The position numbers and the translations under genes are program-made. A DNA stretch of 32,000 bases from Candidatus Scalindua sp. Lineage in GTDB: Bacteria > Planctomycetota > Brocadiia > Brocadiales > Scalinduaceae. Position 1 is the stretch's first letter, and each line of letters opens with the position of its first letter. The notes beneath the pieces were generated by a model. The model had not been told where the DNA came from, did not search any database, and was given only the letters and a program-made list of their open reading frames with translations. The stretch is from NCBI GenBank assembly GCA_031316235.1, contig JALDRA010000001.1:1860001-1892000 (forward strand). Direction: 5' to 3'. Shown here piece by piece: positions 7,967-15,800 of this stretch.

Positions 7967-10627
7967 ATGAACTTTGAGTTGAACGCGATTCCCATGCCCA
8001 ATGGGGCACTACAGTTGGAGTGGAATGAAGTATCCGAACCGATAACCAAAAGCCAGCAACTTCTTCAAAAAGAGATACACAGCCGTTTTAAGACTGATCT
8101 TAAAGCCTTTCTGTTATTCTTAAGCTTTGCGGACAAGTCAATACCACTCTCTCCCTCACTGGATTACTGGCGTTCTTTTACGGGAATATTTGCCAATAAA
8201 CTGGCCCATCTACCGGATCTGGAAACAATTCGAGATGCGGTGACTATACCTCTGGATGATGAGAATATTAGCGAAATGCTACTCCGAGCGCCATTAATGC
8301 CTGGCGCTGAGTACTTAAACGCCGGATTTCTCAAGCTTGTCTGGTCGATGCTGAACACGCAGTTTCAATACGAAATAAGCATGTACGAGGGAACGGTTGA
8401 GGATTTTATTCATACCTATAGTCCGGACGTTCATCTTGTCGGGCGTATCTATTTTCATCTGGTGGAAAATAAAGGACGGGACTACCCGTTCGCCTTTCTG
8501 GCCACCTATTCAACAACGTCAGACAAGCAGGGCAAATCAAAACATCTACCATTAAAAAGCGCATTAACGGAATATGGTGCGGATAGTGAGAAGCTGCTGG
8601 AGCTACTCTCTACAGTCTACCTGGCTGCCAAAGAGAGCGACTTGATTGCGGATATTCTGGATTCCGGAGAACTTTTTCATCCACTTGCATGGGATGAAAA
8701 AGAGGCATATCATTTCTTAACGGAGATTCCTGTTTATGAAAAGTCCGGAATTTTGTGCCGTATTCCTAACTGGTGGAAATCTGCGTCATCACCGTTTAAG
8801 GTAACTATACAGCTTGGCGGAAAGGAAGAGCCTCTTTTGGGAATGGATGCTGTTTTGGATTTCCATGTTGGTTTGTTTGTAGAAGATACGCCTATTACAG
8901 AGGCGGAAGCAAGGAAGCTGCTGGAGGAGACAAATGGACTTGCATACATTAAGGGCAAATGGGTTTCAGTAGATGCTGAAAAGCTGAAAACAACTCTAAA
9001 TGCTTATGAAAATGCCAGAAAGTTGATGAATGAAAAGGATCTTACCTTGCATGAAGCATTGCGACTGCAGTTATATTCAAACAACATGTTGGGACTCCCT
9101 GAGGATGACGATAGCATTGAGGTGTCAAATGGGGAATGGTTGGAGCAGGTAATGGAAAAATTGACAAACGTAAATCTGATTCCACCGGTAAGCACAGGAA
9201 AAACTTTCAAGGCACAGCTTCGGCCATATCAGGAAAAGGGAGTAAACTGGCTCTGCTTTTTACATTCGATTCAATTTGGGGCGTGTCTTGCGGACGATAT
9301 GGGGCTGGGGAAAACAGTACAGATATTGGCCTTCCTGCATATTCTGAAGTGCAAAAAACAGAAAAAGTCTAACCTCCTGATAATTCCCGCTTCTCTCATT
9401 GCAAACTGGAGAAATGAGATAGACCGTTTTGCTCCCGAACTTAAATACTTTATTGCACACCCGGAAGCACAGAGCAAAAAGAAAGTTGCTGCAAAGGATG
9501 AAAAATCCTTGAACAAACTTGATCTGGTTATTACGACGTATGCATTGGTACAAAAGTATGAGTGGCTTAAGACGTATTCCTGGAACTACGTAATTCTGGA
9601 TGAAGCACAGGCAATTAAAAATCCGGGGACAAAACAGACAAGGAACATAAAAAAACTCAATTCAAATAACAGAATTGTTATGACTGGGACTCCCATTGAA
9701 AACAGGCTGTCAGATTTATGGTCGTTGTTTGATTTTCTTAACCCCGGCCTGCTCGGGAATGCAAAAGAGTTCAGCGAATTTGCCGGTAATGTGAAAAAAA
9801 CGAATAGTGGCTATTCCCGGCTCAAAAAAATAATCAGCCCATATATTTTAAGAAGGTTGAAAACAGACAAGACTGTTATATCGGATTTACCGGACAAGGT
9901 TGAAATGTATACGTATGCGGGATTAAGCAAAAAGCAGATAGTGTTATATCAAAACACAGTAGATGAATTAAACAGAAAGCTGGATATCCTGGATGGTATA
10001 CAGAGAAGAGGGCTTATATTGGCATCTTTAACAAAATTTAAGCAGCTTTGCAATCACCCGGATCAGTTCCTTGGTGTGGGAGAATACGAAGAGGCCGATA
10101 GTGGAAAATTTTCAAGGTTACGTGAGATCTGCGAAACAATATATGAAAAACGGGAGAAAGTTTTGATATTCACACAGTTTAAAGAGATAACCGTACCTTT
10201 GCATCTATTCCTGAAAACTATATTCGGAAGGGAGGGGCTGGTGTTTCATGGAAGTACCGCTGTGGGAAAGCGGAAGAAAATTGTAGAACAGTTTCAAGGC
10301 AGCGAATATATTCCATATATGGTATTATCACTGAAAGCCGGTGGAATAGGATTGAATCTGACGGAGGCGAACCACGTGATCCATTTTGATAGATGGTGGA
10401 ATCCTGCAGTTGAGGACCAGGCGACAGACAGGATCTTCCGGATCGGCCAGAAAAAAAACGTCCTCGTGCATAAATTCATTACAAAGGGGACCATCGAGGA
10501 GAAAATCAATGATATGCTCCGCGAAAAGGCGAAATTGTCATCAGACGTAATACAGGTTGCCGGTGAATCGATGCTCACTGAAATGGGCACTAATGAACTT
10601 ATGGATCTTTTCAAATTAACTTTATGA
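7967..10627 (+). CDS. SNF2/Swi2-family DNA-dependent ATPase with a long N-terminal accessory domain
   Basis: 886 aa. Helicase motifs LADDMGLGKT (I), ILDEAQAIKN (II), MTGTPIENRLSDLWSLFDF (III), LKAGGIGLNLTEANHVIHFDRWWNPAVEDQATDRIFRIGQKK (V/VI). About 430 aa of non-helicase sequence precede them. Confidence 0.9.
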   Translation: MNFELNAIPMPNGALQLEWNEVSEPITKSQQLLQKEIHSRFKTDLKAFLLFLSFADKSIPLSPSLDYWRSFTGIFANKLAHLPDLETIRDAVTIPLDDENISEMLLRAPLMPGAEYLNAGFLKLVWSMLNTQFQYEISMYEGTVEDFIHTYSPDVHLVGRIYFHLVENKGRDYPFAFLATYSTTSDKQGKSKHLPLKSALTEYGADSEKLLELLSTVYLAAKESDLIADILDSGELFHPLAWDEKEAYHFLTEIPVYEKSGILCRIPNWWKSASSPFKVTIQLGGKEEPLLGMDAVLDFHVGLFVEDTPITEAEARKLLEETNGLAYIKGKWVSVDAEKLKTTLNAYENARKLMNEKDLTLHEALRLQLYSNNMLGLPEDDDSIEVSNGEWLEQVMEKLTNVNLIPPVSTGKTFKAQLRPYQEKGVNWLCFLHSIQFGACLADDMGLGKTVQILAFLHILKCKKQKKSNLLIIPASLIANWRNEIDRFAPELKYFIAHPEAQSKKKVAAKDEKSLNKLDLVITTYALVQKYEWLKTYSWNYVILDEAQAIKNPGTKQTRNIKKLNSNNRIVMTGTPIENRLSDLWSLFDFLNPGLLGNAKEFSEFAGNVKKTNSGYSRLKKIISPYILRRLKTDKTVISDLPDKVEMYTYAGLSKKQIVLYQNTVDELNRKLDILDGIQRRGLILASLTKFKQLCNHPDQFLGVGEYEEADSGKFSRLREICETIYEKREKVLIFTQFKEITVPLHLFLKTIFGREGLVFHGSTAVGKRKKIVEQFQGSEYIPYMVLSLKAGGIGLNLTEANHVIHFDRWWNPAVEDQATDRIFRIGQKKNVLVHKFITKGTIEEKINDMLREKAKLSSDVIQVAGESMLTEMGTNELMDLFKLTL

Positions 10628-10643
10628 TCGGAAGAAGACTGTT

Positions 10644-11657
10644 ATGAGCTATTGGGGATTTCCAAGATATGTATCCGTTGGGGAAAAGCAGGAGAAATCC
10701 AAGAAAAAATTAGAGCAGTTAAGAAAGAAGAACAAGGATATTGAACCAATAATAATAGAAGGCAGGACCCTTGCGCATACGTGGTGGGGCAAGGCGTGGA
10801 ATAATAATCTGGAGGGATACGCCGATTATCGTAATCGGATAGAGCGTGGGCGGAGTTATGTACGTTGCGGTTGCGTGCTTGACTTGAAGATCAGTGAAGG
10901 AAGGGTTCAGTCACTGGTGATGGGTTCCGAGACAAAACCTTATTCCGTTGTAATAAAGATAGAGGCCCTGGAAAAATCGGTTTGGAGAAAGATAAAAAAT
11001 GTGTGTGAAGGTAAGCTCGGTTCGCTACAGGAACTGCTTTTGGGTAAATTCCCCAAGGCATTAGACGAGATATTTACGGCTCATGGAAACGGACTCTTTC
11101 CCGCACCGAAAAAGATAGATTTCGACTGTAGCTGTCCTGATTGGGCAAGCATGTGCAAGCACGTTGCTGCAACTCTTTATGGAGTTGGTGCCCGGCTGGA
11201 TAAAGACCCCAATCTTTTTTTTGCTCTCAGGAAGATTGAAATAAATGATTTAATTTCAGAAACCGTCAAAGGGAAAGCGAGGGAGTTGCTTACAAAGGCA
11301 AAGAAGAGAAGCAGTCGGATTATTGAAGTTCAGGACCTGTCATCTGTTTTTGGCATTGAGTTGGATAGAGATTCTAGGCCTGCAAAGAAGATCAAAGCCA
11401 AAGCTATCCAAAAAGAGAAAACCCCGAAAGCGAAAAAGAACCTTCTAAAAACGAAAACAATATCCGTGAAAAACCCTGTAAAAAAAGCGGCAAAGAGTGT
11501 TTCAAGGAAAGGTACAAAAAAAACATCAACTGAGACAATTAAGAAAACAACAAAAGATACAACTAAAGCTAAGGTTGCCAAGAAACCAACAAAAAAACCT
11601 AAGGCAAAAAAGGCAGCCAAAAAAGTTTCCAAAAAGAACGGTACCAAAAAAAAATAA
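10644..11657 (+). CDS. SWIM zinc-finger protein with a lysine-rich C-terminal tail
   Basis: CxCx6CxH SWIM signature DCSCPDWASMCKHVAA (nt ~11127-11162). Starts 16 nt after the SNF2 stop, so it is a probable operon partner. By hand count, 37 of the last 92 residues are Lys. Confidence 0.85.
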   Translation: MSYWGFPRYVSVGEKQEKSKKKLEQLRKKNKDIEPIIIEGRTLAHTWWGKAWNNNLEGYADYRNRIERGRSYVRCGCVLDLKISEGRVQSLVMGSETKPYSVVIKIEALEKSVWRKIKNVCEGKLGSLQELLLGKFPKALDEIFTAHGNGLFPAPKKIDFDCSCPDWASMCKHVAATLYGVGARLDKDPNLFFALRKIEINDLISETVKGKARELLTKAKKRSSRIIEVQDLSSVFGIELDRDSRPAKKIKAKAIQKEKTPKAKKNLLKTKTISVKNPVKKAAKSVSRKGTKKTSTETIKKTTKDTTKAKVAKKPTKKPKAKKAAKKVSKKNGTKKK

Positions 11658-11763
11658 AATGAAAACGTACCTGCCTTTGCCAGGCAAACAGTTTCCAATT
11701 GTTTTTTGTCCCGCTTGCTTTACAATTGACAAAATATATAGTTTTGCATATATCTATCAAGTA

Positions 11764-12387
11764 ATGAGTGAAAACTATATAGTGCAGTTGAGACACATTC
11801 TGGCCTTCCAGCCACTGACTCAACAGCAATAACAGAAAGACTCGAAGTATCTTTTGCAACATTAAACCGCTGGTTAAATAAACATGCGGTCCCTCACAAA
11901 AAAAGATTAGAACAGATCAGCCGATTGCACAGAGAGTAACAGAGACCTCAAGTAAAGAGATCCAACGACTACTTATGCAAGGTCTTCGGGAAGACTGAGG
12001 ATCGTGCTCGAAGTATCAGACGGGGATTCGTGGGCTTTATATGATGTTGACGTATCCACAGGATATTCCGGAAGAGATGAGCAGATTAATCAGGCGTTGG
12101 AATTTCGGGAAACAAAAGGACATACAGTCAATCGAAAAATTTCACAGTGACTTTGAGCTGATCCACCCTTTGGTGATGGAAATGGTCGTGTCGGCCGTCT
12201 GATAATGGTTTTGCAATGTCAGGCAAAAAATTATGCCCCGGTTATCATCGAAAATTCAAGAAAGGCTGAGTACTATGAAGTTTTGGAATATGCTCAAACG
12301 AAAAGTGAATATCCATTTGTTCGTTTTCTGGTTGATGAAATGAAAAGGACTTTTAGGATAATCAAGAAATATAGTAGTATTATTTGA
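11764..12387 (+). pseudogene. Disrupted HTH-Fic (Fic/DOC family AMPylase-like) gene: three frameshifts plus one in-frame stop
   Basis: Homologous pieces are spread over three frames. Frame 1: MSENYIVQLRHILAFQPLTQQQ*. Frame 3: ITERLEVSFATLNRWLNKHAVPHKKRLEQISRLHRE* (XRE-like HTH). Frame 2: TETSSKEIQRLLMQGLRED*GSCSKYQTGIRG...IEKFHSDFELIHP. Frame 1 again: FGDGNGRVGRLIMVLQCQ...* Rejoining the last two gives the Fic motif HPFGDGNGRVGR. Confidence 0.8.
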
Positions 12388-12833
12388 CAGTTAAGTCAAT
12401 AGCATGTTTGGTCCTCTCCCTGAGTAGGTTGATAAACAAACAAGTTAAAATATCAATATTAAAGACCTGGCCCTATTTTTCACTTTGCGGAGGGGAATAT
12501 GGGTGAGCAGGAAATCGCTGATTGGATAAAAACAAATAGCACAAAGCAAAGATAAGATAAACAAGAGAAAAAACAGATGGAAAAGGAGGAATGTCATTTT
12601 TTATATCTTGTTCTGAATATGTTGAACTACGAAACGACTTCCAGTCGGCAATCATCTCATTACGTAGTGAAGTTCATGATAAAGATACATTCCCCTTTTC
12701 CACAAACATGAGAGGCAGCACTATAGTAATTCCACAGCGCAGGTTTGTTAACAAGCCCAGCTTTTTCCGAGGTGTAATTAAATAGGTATGGTGTCCCCCG
12801 ATTGATTAAAAGAAATCGAGGAAAACTGTTATT

Positions 12834-15800
12834 TCATTCTCGCTTCAAGTAACCTGTCATTGACAGTACAATGAATGACCAGATAATCCAGCCTAAAATA
12901 CTGAGAAGTAACGCGACAAAGCTTGGTGGTAAAGAGATCGGCCAGCTCAAGATTGCTTTTTCATTGCCAATTTCCTGGCTGATACTCAAACCTGTTTTGG
13001 TTGGAGGTTGATTCCGAAGTCTCTGATCATCATAATTTTGCATCCCTGCAATCTGAACTATTGGTATACTAATTTCGATCGCTTTTGTTAAGGATTGAAA
13101 GATGCTAATGTGTTGAATTGGTTCATCCTTTATGTCCTCCCAGTTTGATAGTTGTGAGGAGACAAGAAAAAAACTCGTAAATAAAAGGAGGAGGGCAAAC
13201 CCAAAAAGTCGGATCGTGCCAATTCCAAATCCGGTGGACCAGCCAAAGAGTAGCCCATAGATATAATAACGAATTGGACCCTTTTTTCTTCGATATACTT
13301 TATTTAACCACCGATTTTGCATACTTATATATATATTATTTGCCTCACCCTTTCGACCCTGCATGCGTAACAGTTTTTCCACCGAAGCATAGGGTTCCAT
13401 TGTGAATGGTTCTGTTTGCTTAAGTATCTTTTCTAACGAACTGTGCTCGTGTTCGTCATTGTCAACGGTAATGCGAGTGAAGTTTACACCCCGAAAGTCA
13501 ATCCTGGCAGGCATGATGCTCTCTTTTGAGTTATACTCTCCTTTGGGTATCCATATATCAAGATGCTGTATGTCTGCCCTCTCAAGAATCCACACCCTCT
13601 CTTCAGAATTAGCATTATTAGTGGCAATACTTAACTGAGAAAATTTTGAGCCTGTAAAGTCTAGCTTGCCACCAACAAAAAATAACCGACGAATATTGTT
13701 TCGTTTTAAATTCTGAGGGAAAAGAACCTTTAAAATTGCAATATTTAACATTAGTATGTTTTCTTTTTCTGAATTTGATAAGCTATCAACAGACTTTTTC
13801 AATTTTCCAGAGTCATCTAATATATCCTTGCACTTATTAAGTTCCTCTTGCACCTTAGGAGAAATATTGATTCCTTTATCAACAACTTCATCTTTATACA
13901 ATAATAAGTTGTCCTTAAAAGCGTTCAACGCAGTAACGATGTCTTCCCGCAATTCTTCACAATCTATTGTTTTAGAGGTCGCTCTTCTGTTCGTTAAAGC
14001 TTCATCATATCTTAATTTCGTTAAATCTTCAGCATATCTTAATATCATAATTAACAGTCTACAGATACTTTTCGCTTCAACCCATACAGCTGCGATCCCC
14101 TTGAACGGTGAAAACAGATCCTTAATAGGATAATTAAAGATGAAATAGTACAAAAGATAACAAAATTTAATTTTTTTTCGTAGAAAGCCCTCTTTTTTCG
14201 TAAAAGAGGAAATGTCTCTATAAAGTCTTAATAAGACACCCCAATTAGAGACACTATCTAAAGTTATTACTATTGAGGTGTCGATTTTATTAATATCATC
14301 CGGTTTTCGTAACAGTTCAGTATGACCCTTGATCAACATATTTTGTCCTGAAACATCACCCGGTGTCGTAAGGCCGGTCAGTTTCAGGTCTCCACCACAT
14401 CGGAGCATCTCAAAGTCAATCTTCCGTGCGAATGCAAATAAATCGTGTTTCCTTTCTGATTCTGGCGCCTCACTCGTACAGCTGTAACAGACCACATCAC
14501 TGTTAGTATCAATATCCCGAATAGAAAGTGTGCCGCTAGCAGTCATACCACTGAAATTTACCTCTCCGTCAATGATAGAGTTCTCGATACGGACATCACC
14601 ATTGACCCAGATTGTTTCAGCCCAGTCATCTATCTGTTCCTGCAGGAACAGTTCTATCTCTTCTCTTGATATCTTCTTTTTGTTAAGAAGCTTTTTATAA
14701 CAATACATCTCTAAATTATTAGAATATACGTCTATACCATCGGCAAACTCTCTAAGGTAATCCTGATTGAATAATAAAAGAGATCCCTTTATATTAGTAT
14801 TTTCTATAGTGATTCTCTGCTCACGCTCACTCTCTAGACGGAGCAATTCATCCTCAAAAGGTTTTTTTTTATACCACAGCTCTTTTGCCCACTTACGGAG
14901 TTCGCCATAAATTTCAAACGCATTAGGCTTACGGTTAGTTTCAGTACCCTCACACTTATCATCCAGCCAAAGACCGGTAAGATCGATACACGCCTTTATT
15001 ACTGAGTCCCGAATGATGAGCTTAGAAGCCTTTGTGCGCTGAAGTAAAAGACCTTGAGGAGTTTGTTTTTTCGATAAAATTTTTGTATCTTCTTGGTTTT
15101 CACGTAATAGGGAATCCCTTTTGATCGTTGCTTTATTTCTTATTATGTAATTAGCGAATTCCGGTTTCTCGTCATTATCATTGCTTACCAAATTTTCGCA
15201 ACTTTCGTCTGGACACCAATAGTCACGGACTTTTTCAGCCATGGAAGGGCTAATTGTGGGAGTGCAGCATATGGCACCATATTCACCGGCTTCAAACCGG
15301 GCATTGCCACCGATATATGCTCCATTCAGATAGACTTTCCCTCTTACCCGTGCTTCATTCAGAATGACAGAGCCCATAACATGTGTCCTTCCAAATTGTG
15401 CAAACCTGAATTGAACCTGTGTCTTCCCAGGTTGTTTACTCTCCACTAGAGTGACAAGCGGAAGATTGAGCCATAATTTTCCATTTAGTTTATTATGCCA
15501 GCACTTTTGAAAGGCATCGGTCCAATAATCCATCGTAACTTGTAGATAGTTCTGAAGCATAATATCACCACTAGATTCCAGCAACTTGCAGCTAATATCA
15601 TTCTCAACCCATATCCCACGGAGATCGAGATTACCCGTGACCTTTGCCAAGTGGAAACTGATATTACCGCCAATAAATGTGCGCATGTGATAAAATGGTT
15701 CGGTTGGTCGATCACCCTGCGCCCAGAGGACCACACCTCCTTCTATCCTTGCATTATCAAATGTAACGTCTTGAAAGAGTACTTCCGAATCGGTTTTAAA

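Noticed and set aside
11330-11698. 122-aa minus-strand ORF (Phe/Leu-rich, looks like a membrane protein)
   Set aside because: It is the antisense mirror of the lysine-rich tail of the SWIM protein, where AAA/AAG codons read as TTT/CTT. The sense-strand gene has clear family motifs.
12473-12785. Two overlapping 60-64-aa ORFs (12473-12655 minus, with one hydrophobic helix; 12591-12785 plus) downstream of the giant gene
   Set aside because: They mutually overlap, have weak or absent SDs and show no motif. They lie in what looks like decayed DNA next to the Fic pseudogene. The minus-strand one could be a small membrane peptide, but the sequence alone does not support it.
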